60,000 nt of DNA, taken from positions 12,650,001-12,710,000 of the forward strand of contig NC_087252.1 of assembly GCF_037042905.1 (NCBI RefSeq). Reading direction: 5' to 3'. Within the stretch, counting starts at the first letter, position 1. Each line of letters opens with the position of its first letter. The notes beneath the pieces are model-generated. The model saw only the letters and a program-made list of their open reading frames with translations, was not told the origin of the DNA and did no database searches. The translations under genes and the position numbers were made by a program. This document shows, piece by piece, positions 1 to 13,835 of this stretch. Source of the stretch: Lytechinus pictus. Its lineage: Eukaryota.

Positions 1-197
1 TTATTTGTGGAGTAAGAGGAAAATGTATGATTTCGCATACTGATTACGCATAAATTAGCATAATTACTTAATAACAATTCACATGAAATTCGCGCGATCG
101 CGCGGTCGACGGCCGAGATCTCAAGGGGTGCCTGGGAGCCCCCCCCCCCCCCCCAGCCATATGAACTCCCAAAATACCCCGGCCTAGATAGGGTTAA
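1..197. mobile_element. Right end of a piggyBac-like non-autonomous element, cut off by the window edge
   Basis: Ends ...ccggcctagataggg|TTAA (GGG terminus plus TTAA target). Related internal sequence recurs near 32400-32620 and 51240-51430. Confidence 0.5.
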
Positions 198-1346
198 GGG
201 TAGGGTGTTATGCTAAATTACTGATGAATGGAGATCAGTTTTGTTTTTTTACGCAAATTTCATGAGTTACAAAACTGAAATGTAGTACATGAGTAAACAG
301 GAAGTATAATTTTAGTGTAGCATTTTTAGTTTTTTATGTGGATCTTAGCAAGTGTGCTTGTGAGAGTCAGAGTAATGTGATTGTACCTCTTACATGCAAG
401 GGGCTGGGATAGGGTAAGACTGGGTTAAAGGGGCATTCTTCTTTGTGTTCTCTTACAAATTACATGCCATGTACCCACCCCCACCCTCCACCCCATTTCT
501 TCCTCCTGGATGGTATTCAAAACTTAAACGCCAAGTGACTGATGGTTGATGGGTCTTTCTTTTCCATTAAATGATTATTAAGAACTTGACTAATTATGGT
601 GATTTATGAAATAATTTATTGAAAAAGCTGAATTTTTGATTGATAATTTATTGAAAAAGATGAATATTTGATTGATCACAATGATTGAGTTGATTTACTA
701 ACAAATTGTTGATTGAATGATTGATAAGTGAAAGTTGATGACCTAATTTTCACAATTTATTATCAAATTGCTAGTCCACTCTGGACTTAATGCGTACATG
801 TAATAGCAATCAGTCTCAATCTCAGCAGGAGGAGGGGGGCGGACCTGAAGGAAGGAAGGCCAAACGTTCTGTTGACCCCTTTCCCATTAGCTTACTTCAC
901 CCACTGAAGTCCTATCTTACCCATATTCTCCTGACTCCAATGAACACACTGCTGAGATCAACATTTTAAAGTTAAAATGCTGCACTAAAGATTGCAATTC
1001 ACGCTCACTCATACATGAAAATTCAATTTGATAATTCATGAAAATTGCTCCAATTTAAATCGATCATGAATGACAATTAATTTAATTTAGATTCATTTAA
1101 GTTTGCAAGTTCCGAGGGACTCGCCTCTCAAAAACTGACAGAAATCGAAAGGCTAATTCCTGCCCACCCTAATTTTCATACCCATTGTTTAAGTGGGTAG
1201 TGCTCACTCAAGCATGAATAGTTTTTCAACTTTTTGGTGTCATCTGAAAGTTGACTTCATTGGCTTTTGATATATATAGGTATATTCGCCAAAGTGACAT
1301 ATTTTTTGTTTGGTAGCCCTTTCAAAATTTTTTTGGAGACGCACTT

Positions 1347-1353
<7 letters not shown>

Positions 1354-1382
<29 letters not shown>
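1354..1382. repeat. (TA)n microsatellite
   Basis: Directly visible TA run. Confidence 0.95.
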
Positions 1383-1386
<4 letters not shown>

Positions 1387-2152
1387 ATAAAGAAAGTAAG
1401 TCCCCCCTCAATCAAATTGCCGTAACTTTTGAACGGAATTGTTTTGAGATATGATATTTCGTAGGTCGTTTTCTACACTCATTAAGCAACTCCAGGGAAA
1501 AATGAGATTGATCGGTTGAGTCATGCATGAGTAATTAAAGATTGAATTAAAAATGACCATTTTGTGCAAATACAAAGTTGGGCAAAAGTTGTTGTTAGGT
1601 GAATTTTATGGTGATAATGCTCTTTTACCATCATTTAGCCACTCCACACACAATTTTGATATCGTATATGTTCATGGTTGAGTGAGCACAATATTGCAGG
1701 GGCCGTAGAAGCGGGTGGGGGGCTGCCCCCTTCCCCCCCCCCCCCCCACACTTTTTTCAAAAAGCATGTACGCGCTATTTCACGAATTATCCCGCTAATT
1801 CGTCGGTGCAGACACACTCGAGATTGGACTCGGGGTAATTTATTCATGACGTCAGTCCATATTGCAAATCGCGTTCCACTTCCGCCTTGGTCAAAACATA
1901 AACACGTGCGAAAATCTATTTTATACACGCGAATAGACATTATCGCGAATAGCGTTCATCAATTCCCCAATCAGCAACGATGGTGTCCCAACAGTGAATG
2001 GATTTTTGGGAGAGACCAGACCTATGGATGTGTGGGAGGCGCTCATTTATAGACGATGGTCATAGTCAATAACAACACTCGTATTGGCCTTCGCAAAATG
2101 TGAGCAAATAGCATTCTTTCCTCCTCCTTTTCTCTCCCCCCCCCCCTCTCTC

Positions 2153-3137
2153 CAGCGGCGTAACAGGGGTCGGTGGCCAGGGGGGGGGGGGCAAGAGCAA
2201 AAAATTTCCCAGTCATATCATGGTATGAACAGGCATAATGGTGTAATGAGGCGACTATTTTGAGAAGGCCAGATATTGCGTATTGGGTGGAATTTATGTT
2301 TTAAAAAAAGTTGCGAGCGAGCGAAGCGAGCGAGCAAAAAATTTGACCTTTTTGATACAGAAATCAAATTTTGTGATAGATTTTGACATGATATCCAAAG
2401 AAAAATATATTTCACTCTTCTCTGTTTAGATTCCTTTTTGTGGTCTGTACACCACTGTGAACAGGATTCTTTGCGGTAGTAGCGAGAAGAGTTTAAAAGA
2501 AAACGAGGGGCGCAGTATAGCGCATGTACTGTGTTAAAAAAGCTGCTTTATATAAGTCCCGAGCGAGCGAAGCGAGAATCTAACTTTGAGCTATTTTTTG
2601 TTACTATATTCAGTAAATAAAATCATATCCTACACTATTCCTTTGCTTTTCTTTCCTCCTTTCTTTTGTTCTTGTTTGTAGAACTTTTTGGGGTCATGGC
2701 CCAATCCTTCCATACGCAGTGATGTGCGATGGGGTCCGGGGCGGAGCCCCCGGAACTTTTTTATATCAAAGCCATTTAAACCTCACAGATTGCCGCTATT
2801 TTAATCACATCGCGGTCATATACAGAATATAGCTTTTACACAACACATTTTTTCAACCCAGTTGCGTATAATGAACCAATAATTATGAGTGGGCAAAACA
2901 AAGCAATGTGGGAAAAATTTGTAAAAAGTCGCCAGCGTGCAAAGCGAGCTGGAAAAAAAACTCGCCTTTTAAAATGAAATTATAATTTTGTGATAGTTTT
3001 TTCCATTATATTCAGCAAATAACACATTTCATTGTTTCCATTCATTTCATTGTACGTTGTCTCCTATAATTTATTTTATTTCCTCATGGGTGTTGAACCA
3101 AGACCCCCCCCCCCCCCCCACGCCTGTATGCCAGTGA
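2153..3137. mobile_element. Degenerate hAT-like non-autonomous element(s) with gcgagcgaagcgagc motifs
   Basis: Ends cagcggcgta...tatgccagtg with poly-G/poly-C tracts. The internal GCGAGCGAAGCGAG motifs resemble those at 35-40 kb. No clear TSD. Confidence 0.35.
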
Positions 3138-3245
3138 TTGAACGTGATTAACTGGGGGGACGTTATAGAGCCATTTGAAGGTGATTTGAAATGACATGAT
3201 TTTGCTTGGATTATCTTCCTAACAAGCCACGAAAAGGAGTCTGAA

Positions 3246-3750
3246 TTAAAGGGGAAGTTCACCCTGAAGAAAACTTTGTTGTAAAAATAGCAGAAAAAAT
3301 AGTGAAAAATATTGGTGAAGGTTTGAGGAAAATCCGTTAAAGAGTAAGACAGTTATTAGAGTTCAAAGTTTTGGATTTGTGACGTCATAAACGAGCAGCT
3401 GCCCCATGTGTTATGTAATATAAAATGCATGAATTTCAAATTTTGTATGGTTCCTGATGACTTAATTTTGTTTTCTATTCATGATCGGGTGTGAAATGAT
3501 TTGTCTATTGATATACAAAAGGTACAGTGAAAACCATTTTAAATTTTCTGAGAAAATTACATTTCATTGATTTTTTACCATTCGCTATGTAGGAATGCTG
3601 CTCGCATGTGACGTCACAAATCAAATCATTGAAATTCTAATAACTTTTTAATTATTTAATGAATTTTTATCAAACCTTCGGCAATATTTTTTATTATTTT
3701 TTCTGCTATTTTTACAATAAACTTTTTGTCAGGGTGAACTTCCCCTTTAA
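3246..3750. mobile_element. Kolobok/Angel-like MITE with TTAA TSD
   Basis: TTAA|aggggaagttcaccctga...tcagggtgaacttcccct|TTAA, with imperfect inverted arms of ~150 bp. A second copy lies at 58182-58648. Confidence 0.85.
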
Positions 3751-3875
3751 ATCACTTTCCACATCAAACCCCAACGCTTTTTTGTGCTAGTGTATATTAG
3801 TGCGAAGTATATATCAAAATGTACCATTTGATGTTCGATCCCAAGTAGAATTGGCTCTTTGATTTCTACGTGTAC

Positions 3876-3947
3876 CTGCGGTCGACGTTCAACTTCGACT
3901 TCATTGGGAGTTCTGTCCCGTTGGTCTCTGGTAGGCTGGTCATGAAC
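3876..3947 (-). CDS. Candidate internal or first coding exon of an unidentified host gene (72 nt)
   Basis: Minus strand: tgtttacAG|gttcatgacc...gaccgcag|GTacac, a GC-richer island in AT-rich DNA. Two open frames: VHDQPTRDQRDRTPNEVEVERRPQ or (F)MTSLPETNGTELPMKSKLNVDR. Confidence 0.5.
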
Positions 3948-3984
3948 CTGTAAACAATGGTTAACAATTTCATCTCAAATCATA

Positions 3985-4334
3985 TTAAAGGTAAAAGACA
4001 GTAGTTGCAGCAATTATTTCATGAGAAAATTTTCAAAATCAAGGTTAATTTTTAAAATATTGTCAAACATCTCGATCTGTATGTAAAGTTATCGATAATT
4101 CTGATGATTACTAAGACAAAAAACATATGTGTGACAGTGTAATAACATTGTTTCGAAAAATATCCGACATTAATTTTGATGGAATTCCCTGCTTATTTTT
4201 GCTCATTTCTCAGCAGTTAGGAATTTTCTTCGAGAGCTATTTGGCACATATTTTTTATTCATGCCTACAAAAACTTTGGTGGTTCTATTCGAACTCATTT
4301 TAAGGTTGTAACCACAACTGGTATTTACCTTTAA
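3985..4334. mobile_element. Kolobok-like MITE with TTAA TSD
   Basis: TTAA|aggtaaaagacagtagttg...caactggtatttacct|TTAA, imperfect TIRs. Confidence 0.7.
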
Positions 4335-6019
4335 TTTCAAAGTTTTGAAAACTTTTTTTTTTTTTTTTGAAAACTACCAGGATAATGATCAACGAGGAAA
4401 AAACGTTCAAAATATATTTCTTTCTAGACGACATACATGAACTTGTTGAAAAAATCACCAGATAATAAGCCACTTTGAAGACTCCTGTATGTTTTCATAG
4501 TTATTTCCCTTTTCTATACCCTTTTTAATTCCAGTGCTAGTTTCTTTTGTATGTCCTCCATTTATTTAACCCGGATAACGAAAATGAGGTGACATTCCAT
4601 AGGGCCGTCCTTGCGGAAGGGTAATTGTTGAATAAATTAATTCCAATCATGAAAAAATGCTTTAACACTAAAAGGACTGGGGGCCATGATGCCCCCACCC
4701 CCCCCCCCCCATCGCAGATTCGTGCGATATTTCCGAAAAGCAAAAAAGGTGGCGCCATAAAGTTTAATGACTTTTTTAAATCTTGCGCAACTTTTGAGAC
4801 CAAATTGGCGACATACGGGTATAGCATCGCGACGTCATGTGACAATGTCATGCCGAAAATGGTTCATTTGTATACTCTGTGCACAAAGTCTATGGGAGAA
4901 GAAATTCATAATAAGGGTGATTATTTTTCGTTCTAATTGGTCTGCTTAGATAATTTAGGGATTGTCTGTTGTAATTTCCGTTGAAAAAGATGAAAAGAAA
5001 CAAAGAAATACATACGAAATTCTAAAAACAAAGAAATATATGAGGAAGAATTTGCTTTAATACATCTCAGCCAAGTCCGTTTAGGGGTAAAAGAGAAATT
5101 CCTGCGAAATTTTAAAAACAACAAATTGTTGGAAGTCGTTGATTTTTAATGTTTAAATGAATTCGAGTTTGTATATGATCCGGCATCCCAAAGATTTGAT
5201 TTATGCAGGTTCCTAAATATTATTTTACATAAAATATATTTACTTTCATGCATTCCTTAAAGATCCAGACCGGACCCGAAAAAGAAATTGATTAATTATA
5301 TACCAATCGAAAGCTTATAAGCTACTAAATACAGTAAGGTATGCTTTATGCATTTTTACCGCTTCCCAGCTGAGTATTTTGCTGAAGAATATTCCAATTA
5401 TCGTGCTTCGAACCCCGCTTATTGTTTTTACACCGGTCAGGGTCTTTAATTTTAAATCTGATCAATAGTTCCTTCTATGCGTGTTCATGCTTTCCTTTAC
5501 TATTTGTCCATGCAGCCTGATCTGTGAAATATGTATAGAAATTAAAATCTAATCAAATATTCATTGTCTTCAGTATTGTATTACATGAAACACGAAAACT
5601 CACCCCCAACATGCCCAAGAAGATTGGCGGCCGACTCAGCCCCTCGATCGCGATAAATCTGTAACGCGAATAGATCAAGCCGCGGCGTTTCATGCCTTTT
5701 TTTTAGTCTCGCAAAAACGAATCCGCGACCCACGAAAACCCCTGGGGATTTTTTAACAGGGGTGCTGGTTTTGAAGTAAAAATGACGAAGACAAAAAACA
5801 TAGACATGGCAAGGTATTTGGGAACAGATAAATTTGGCAAGCAAAAAACAAAAACATAAAGAAAGATATCAATACAAAATGAATGTGAATTTGATTAAAC
5901 TGATAATGTGTCACGTAAATAAATGTGTGAACTCAACAAATTTGCAAAATTGCTCAAAAGCAACCTAAAGCATATTCCTTTGTATCACAACAGTTTTATT
6001 CCATTCATTCATAGCAACG

Positions 6020-6700
6020 GTTGCTATGAATATGACTCTGCACTAGAATCACCTCACTTAAAGTCTCTTGTTGATCGAAGGAAAGATTTATGTCTTTCCC
6101 TTGCACAGAAACTGGAAAAGAATGAAAGACTATCAAACCTGATCCCTAAGCCGAAGGGTGTCGGCAGAACCCTAAGAAACTGTAGGATCAGGTAAAAATT
6201 GAGATGTAGGACTCAAAGACTTCGAAAAAGTGCCATCCCTTACCTTATAGACTTATTTAATTCCATGTAACTGAAAATTCTCATAATTTTTGTTAAGATT
6301 GTTATTACTTTGCCTTTAGATAATTACTTTTCCCATACCACTGAGCTTAGATTTTTCTCTCTTTGTCGTTTAAATCATTTTTGTTCATAACAACTGCAAT
6401 AACGCATGTTCGCTATTTGTTCTTATATATCAATTGATGTATGAGTCTCACATAGTTTTTTTTTATTTTTTTTAAAAACACATTTGTTAGCCGTTCTACA
6501 CAAATATAGCATTACTGTTCCAGTAACTACTCACATTGTAATAATATGTAAACCAGTGGTAAATCAATTTTTGATGAGTGTAATACAAAGTGTCAGTGCT
6601 GCTCTATGTGCAATACTTAATTTCTTATGATGAAAATGTGAATAATAAAAATGATATCAATATGATATCAATAATAATGATAATAATAATAATAATAAAT
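6020..6700 (+). mobile_element. 3' fragment of a CR1/L2-group LINE (ORF2 C-terminus, 3' UTR, (AAT)n tail)
   Basis: YDSALES..LKSLVDRRKDLCLSLA...RTLRN, continuing past a stop as RCRTQRLRKSAIPYLIDLFN. This is typical of CR1-group ORF2 ends and is followed by (AAT)n-like repeats. Confidence 0.65.
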
Positions 6701-8651
6701 TCTTAGATTAATTATGATAATGAATCAAATAATAAATGATTATTGAATGATTGTATTATAATGAGCATTGATTTCACAATAGCATATGTATGTATTATTT
6801 ACCTCAGGCATGTGATTATTTATTTTCACGTATTTTGGATTGTGTTTCCAATTCCCGTTTTTCATTATGTTGTATTTTTTAATGTATATTTGTGTATTTG
6901 CTTTTATGTCTGAAAATCTGTAATTCTGCCTTTGGGCCGCGAATGATTTGTTGGTGTTGTTGTTGAATAAACAATTTCTATTATTTTTTAAAAGATCGAC
7001 CATGGATTTAAATTATTTGGTTTCTTTTATAGCAAAGGGTACTTCGTTGATGTATGTCATTGCTATATATTTACACACTTGTCATTGAATGATAATGGGC
7101 CTCATGTTTACTTATCTGAGTGACTGACAGTGGAGGTAGATTGATCGAATTTGTATCATCGAAAATTAAAACTCTAGAAACCGTTGACATTCTGGAAATT
7201 TTTGGCTATGTATTTTCCAAGAGGGGCCCTATGAATCTCCTTTAAGACCCTATAAAATACCTACCAATGCCTTTTGAAAGAATTCCATGAAATCAACATT
7301 TAACAAGAGGTCACTATACTTGTTGGACAAACAATACAAGAGCTCACCATGAGGTCATGGGTGCTTAAAATATATCTTATCTTGGAGAGATAAAAAATGA
7401 CCGCCAAGAATTTATTGAATCAACTAAGTTTAAAATTATCTCAAACACCGAAATGTACTATGCGCAGCTGTCTCTGTGTATACGTATGCGACGTACTTAA
7501 TTGTGAATATCAGGTTGGCTGGACTTGATTCATACTCGGCCCCAGGACACTAGCATTAAGTTCTGATATGATTCTTCCTTCCATATACCTCCGATGCTGA
7601 TATGCATGTCCAACTCAGATGGAAATGATTTTGCTGATGGCACTATCACCTTATATAATATCCTTATGGGGAGAAATGTCTCTTACGCTCTGACTGATAA
7701 ACAATTTAGTGTTTCACCGAAGAGGATGATGACTGTAACTTTCTTGATGTATCCCTCTGTTGCCTCTAATATTCTTTGTCGAGCATAACATGCATACTGC
7801 ATCTTCACAGAGGTTTCGCTTTCCCCTACTTATAATCAATCCAGACAGTCTTAACCTAAATTAAGAACTAAATATGCTCAACTCTGAGAAGGCATGTGCG
7901 ACACATTAAATGTGCGTTCTATTTATTTGCTAGAATTGTACCAAAAGTCCAAAACTACTGGAAACTGTACTATTGTACATGATGTAAATAATGTTTTTCT
8001 TCATTATCTAGAAACTATAACAAATATCTGTATTTTTTTCGATGACTCAACTGCCAAGCATTATAATCAAATAAAAAAAGGAATTGCTTCTAAATCTGAA
8101 GTAAACTTGGTATTATAACCTTTTTTAGGAAAAAGATGCTTAAACATATTAAATAGACAGGACTGATTAAAAAGGTCATCTCTAGCAGGCCTGGAGCTAT
8201 ACTAACACCTTAATTTACATTGCTTTCTGTTTTCCAATCATACTTTTTGATGACCTGGGGTGGTATTCTGAAAATTGCCGTAATTTTTCTTGTAAGTCAG
8301 CAAGATAACAGCTCGCTAAAATTCTCTTAGATTTGTATTCTAAAAATTGTCTTATCTCTGCAAGGACGTCCCATATTTTATTTGTGACACGCCCAATATT
8401 TCATCATCAACCAATCATTAAGCTAGTTACATGCTCAGGTCAACCAATATAAGCATCTCTTCTGAAAAATAGTGAAGCACATTCACCATCTCGAGCACCA
8501 ATTTTTAATTGCTGAAAAGTCTACCAATCCGTCGCTGTAATGTCTTTGGAATGTTTTCTTTTTGTGAAATATGATGTACTTGCGGGATGCAGCAAGAAAT
8601 AATTATTTCAGACGGACAAATATCGCATGCAACAATAAGTTACAATATTAT

Positions 8652-9971
8652 ATAGCCAAGACAGATAGCCAAGCGCGATAGGTCCATGTGACATTGGTCA
8701 CGTGACATGATCGAAATCAATGTATTTTCCCAGCCGGTCCACTTTCGATGAATATATTGACCAGCCGGTCCATGAATATATTTTTCTACGTATATGGTGC
8801 CCTCTTGTGGATTAGACGTTACCAATTACACGGAAATAACACATGTGGGACTGAAGAAGCTATCGTGTGCAACCGATCAACACTCTTTTAACGTACCGTG
8901 CCGCGGAATTTAAGTGAGCTGAGTCCGACGACGAGCCTACTACGAGTTAGATCTAATGTAAGGCTTTCTTCTGTTACTTGTGTAGACAGGAATATTTAAT
9001 AATTTTTGGATACCGTATCGGTGAGTGGAGCCAATGAATTAACAGTTTGTTTAGCAGATAGAGACTGAAGCTTAGCTTACTTTTAAAACTTTTGGATTTG
9101 GTTTAGGCCTAACTTCAAAGATTTATGGTGATGTCCGATGAGAATTGAAGAATAATTAGATCAAATTTTAGACGATAAAATTTGGTAAGTTAATCTAGAT
9201 TTAGGCCTAGGCCAAGATCTAAGTTAGGTCTAACTTTTCAACGTGTTAGATATAGATCTAGGCTAGAGTCTAAAAGTTAGAGTAGATCTAGACTAGAATC
9301 TAATCTAACGTTAATTCTTGCTAACGACAGCGTAAGTTAGTGTTAGCAAAACATTAAATCCTACTAGATTTGGTCCTGGACCTGGTTCGACAACAGAAAA
9401 TCAGGACCACCACCAAAAGTAGTCTGACATAGATCTAGATCTAACTTAGTCATGTTTATCTCATCCCCTATTAGATCTAGATCAGAATCTGCACCTGATC
9501 ATGGTTCAACAATCATTCTTGATCTGTCTTTGGTCCTGGACCTGGACTGGACTCTAAATTAGATCTAACAAGTTAGGCCTAAACAAACTTGATTTTGATT
9601 AGAAAATGGGCATTCAATGCGTAAGACTAACATTACTAATACCATTTCCATCAGTCACTGTGAATATCAATCATACACAATTACTGATCTACTGCATGCA
9701 CTGTAGACCTAACTATAGTCTAAGTTTACATTTAACGTTAGATCTATCTTCATTAATCAAGGCTGTCTAATGTAGCAGATATTGACTGATGGGATGTGTA
9801 AAAAAAACATTCTTTGGACCGCGTAAAGGATTTATATTTTCCCTCGTGATCATATTTTCCCTCAGCGCCGCGCGCTTCGGGAAAATATAACCCCTTGGGG
9901 AAAATATAAATCCGGCGGTCCAAAGAATGATTATATTACACACCCCATCAGTAAAAATCTGTATAATAGCC
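8652..9971 (+). mobile_element. Crypton-like non-autonomous element
   Basis: 6-bp direct repeat atagcc at 8652-8657 and 9966-9971, no TIRs, and a long subterminal hairpin at 9776-9961 followed by tataat. Confidence 0.5.
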
Positions 9972-11556
9972 CCCTACCTCTTGTAAATATTCTTGTATTT
10001 TCTATCTTTCATCTCGATATGTTATCTTGCTCAAACGGATATTTATGCGCCGTTTTTAACTTTACGCATAATTCTAGCTCTGACATTATACGCGCTCAGC
10101 GAAAGTTACAAGAAAATTTACAAGAAAAGATACAAGAATAAAACATAAAATATCTTGCAATCTACCTCTTCAACTTTATGATTTGTAGGGTGCGGCGTTA
10201 ATTTTTAGTGTCAATTACAGAGATAAAAATTTCTCTCAAGAGATTTTGTTGTATAATCACCAAATGTACATGCTCCGTTACATATTCATAAGTAGTGCAC
10301 AAACAGGAAATAATTCTGGATGATGTTGTAGGTCTACCGTACAAGCTCTTCAAGTCAGTGAATAATGTCTAAATTTTACCAGTAAGTGTGTGTGCATTAC
10401 TCACCATTACTTCCCTGCCTGCCTCAGTTTCATAACATGAGAGATCCTATATAATGTTGAATAGTAAGCACATTCAATGACCCAGTGTATTTTAGAACCA
10501 GATATGAACAACATATGTTGCGTTTGGTGAGCTGAAAGGGGGCTATTATAGTATGTGTAGAATTTGTGGGATAGGGGTGATGGTTTTGAACATGTCCAAA
10601 TCCTTTTTGCGTGGATATCTTATCAATCATAAAAGATGTCAATGGATACACAGGCCTTTTTGGTTTTGTTTTGTGTTGAAATTGTGCTTATTTAATGGAT
10701 TGTATTGTGGTTGATAATTGGCGTTTTTTAGAGAGAGGTAGTGGTTTGAAGCTATGTTACGATGCTGAGGATAAGATCAGGTTTCACTGCAAGAGCAGAG
10801 AACATTTGGCTGGAAAAAGGACAGTTGTTGATCAAAAGATTTGGGTGGTGAGAGGATGCATTACCCATACAGGGAATACATCCTCTCACTTTGTGTTTTT
10901 TTTTAGATTGAAAGTGAATGTTGGGGTAGTTAGTGTACTCACTTTAGTTGGAGATGTTTATGTGTGGATGTGTCCGAAGTTCTACCCTGCCTGCTAAGTG
11001 CTAAGTTAGTGGTGGGCGCATGGGCGAGGATCGGCCGAGGCAGGTGCGTGCGCCTGCCCAATTGCCTAGCCCTGGCCTAGCTTAAACAAATTCCAATCTT
11101 ATCAACTAGAAACTTTTACTACAGGATAATTTTTGACCGCTTTTTCTGGGAGTGATATCAGATTTTCACGATACTTTCTGAGATATACGACCGTCCACGA
11201 AATATGGTCACGCGCGAAGTAAGGTCACACGACCACACTTTTCACTTACCCATCACCCTGAATAATAAGGCAAACAATGTCAATGATGACCACATATGCG
11301 ATATGCAGTGTGCACATGTGTGATGCACTAAACATAGCTCCGTTTTTTTTTCAGAATATTTCCGAATAAAAAACGTAATTGTCAAATCGGAAAGTACCCG
11401 AGAGCAACAAAACCTCTGTACCCGGGGAACATTGTTTACACTATGAGAAAACCTACTACAAACAACAACGCCTGAGTATTCATTGAAAATAAAGAATTAG
11501 TTGCTATTGATACCGATTCTTTTGTACGCGCAGATATCGCCCGACGATGAAACTTA

Positions 11557-12731
11557 AGCCCCTTTCACAATTGACGTACGACTATTTGCCACCTTTTGGT
11601 CGTGCGACAGGCTGCAACAGGCATCAATCGCTAGTCATCTCATAAGATCGCCCAGAGGCTTTCACAGTTGCAACAGCTGTCGTACAACAAAAACAACCAG
11701 TAAACCCCGTTGCACGAGTAAGTCGCATATGCTTCTATTGTGCTCGTGCGATCACATGCGAGTGTTGCACGAGGGATTGCGAGTGGAACGGTCGCATACA
11801 TGCGAATGAAACGGTAGTGCAATGTTGTAAGCCGTTGCGATCGGTCTTGCAACAGTCTGATGGCCCACATTATTATCGCAACCAGTCGCAAGACAGGTCT
11901 CTGTACATGTAGGTCGCTTGCACATGTGCAAGTGTTGTACGACCTCCAGTCAAGTAAATTGGACTACTTAGTTGTGCCACCTCTCGCACCAAGTCGTACA
12001 ACGTTGAAAAACACTCGCACGATGATCGCCCGACTGATGGTACGGCCTGATGCGGGTGAATCGATCGTATTTGATCGCGTTCGGATTTTGAACATGTTCA
12101 AAGTTCAGATGTGACCAGTCACGACCACCTCAAGTTCATGCGACCGTCCACAACGACTGCGAATGCTCGCAAGACACCAAGAGATCGATCGTGCAACAAC
12201 AAGAAAAAACTGCTGCAGGCGGTCGTAAACTGGTCGGACGTCAATTGTGAAATGGGCTGAACGGTCGCATACATGCGAATGCAACGGTAGTGGAATGTTG
12301 TAAGCCGTAATTTCGATCGGTCTTGCAACAGTCTTATATTATCGTACCCAGTCGCAAGACTGGTTTCTGTAGGTCTCCAGCACATGTGCAAGTGTTGTAC
12401 GACTTCCAGTCGACTAAATGCGACTATACTTAGTTGTGCCACCTCTCGCACCAAGTCGTACAACGGTGAACAACACTCACACGATGATCGCCCGACCGAT
12501 GGTACGACATGTTGCGAGTGAATCAATCGTATTTGATCGCGTTTGGATTTTGAACATGTTCAAAGTTCATATGCGACCAGTCACGATCACCTCCGACCAC
12601 CTCGAGTTTGTGCGATCGTCTACAACGACTGCGAGTGCTCGCAAGACACCAAGGGATCGATCGTGCAACAACAAGAAAAAAACCGTTGCAGGTGGTCGTA
12701 AACAGGTCGTACGTCAATTGTGAAAGGGGCT
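11557..12731. mobile_element. PIF/Harbinger-like MITE with an internal tandem duplication
   Basis: TTA|agcccctttcacaattgacgtacgac...gtcgtacgtcaattgtgaaaggggct|TTA, giving a 3-bp TTA TSD. 11786-12258 is repeated as 12259-12731. Confidence 0.85.
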
Positions 12732-13835
12732 TTAAACCGGCTTTACGAGTTTTCTTGGACAATCATGTTGTGCATCTCTGAAAGGAAGTGGCTCCCCCGA
12801 ACGTATTGTGGTACAGGGGTCAACAAAACGTCATCAATCACGTGACATATAATAAAAAACGTATTTTCTTTGTACTCAGTTTCACCTTTTTTTAATTTTA
12901 AGTCAGGGATATGTAAGTTAAACCATTAAGTGTTGTATCCATGTATTTCCCCCCCAAAAAATAGAAAATTGCCAACATAAAACACGGGCGTTATTTAGTG
13001 ACGACAAAGATTCTGTTAACGAAAGTAAATGAAATGTTCCGAAAAAGCTTAAGATGTGAAGAGTGCCGCAAACGGTGTTCCAGGAAGAAGGCGTCCAGTG
13101 ATGATGTTTGTCTGTGTGTTAGCTATGTCATGTATGAGTGAACAGTCTAAAGAAAATGATAAAATTATGTTCATCGAAATTAGGTTTGTTAGAATGCAAG
13201 CATTATTATGATTATCTGGACTGTCTCTGAACTTTTTAGGCATATGAGTTATTCTTTACTCCCAAGTTTCATACTTTGACCAATTTTCTAACCACTTTCA
13301 TTCAAACATTATGTCTAGATGTTGTATTAAGTAATATTATTTATAGTTCTGAGGAAAATATGATGTTTAGCAACTGTTGCTCTACATGGTGAATGAAGAA
13401 CTTGCTCTGAACTTGCTCTGAACTTTTCTCTGAACCTTCTTGTTATTTTGTGATTTTATCTCGGTTTTACATCACTTGAACATGCTATAACTTTCTTCGT
13501 GTACTTTCTACGTGTCTAGAGGAACATTTGGATCACCATGCTGCTTTTAAAATGTATATTTAATGCCATATTATGACATGCTGAACTAAGAGACTTGAAG
13601 CTTGTTCTGTCTACAGTCCCACAGCCTTGATTCTTACGTAAGTTTAACTCTGATTTTGCACAGTTGTGGTATGCTGATTTGATTTAGCTTATACCTCATT
13701 ACCTATCCAGTAATTTCTATTCATCGAGCCTACAACTAATCTGCTTATTGTTATTGACAAAGACCGAGGTGTAGTACTAACAATGCCTGATACTAGAAGT
13801 ACAACATTAATAGATAACATTTTTTGTAATACGCT

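Noticed and set aside
11039..11069. Helitron-like 3' end (ggcagg..cctgcc hairpin, then CTAG)
   Set aside because: CTAG is not followed by T and no 5' TC end can be assigned.
13320..13782. Possible solo LTR (tgttgta...tactaaca)
   Set aside because: It has TG..CA ends but no matching 4-6-bp TSD, no PBS or PPT, and no second copy.
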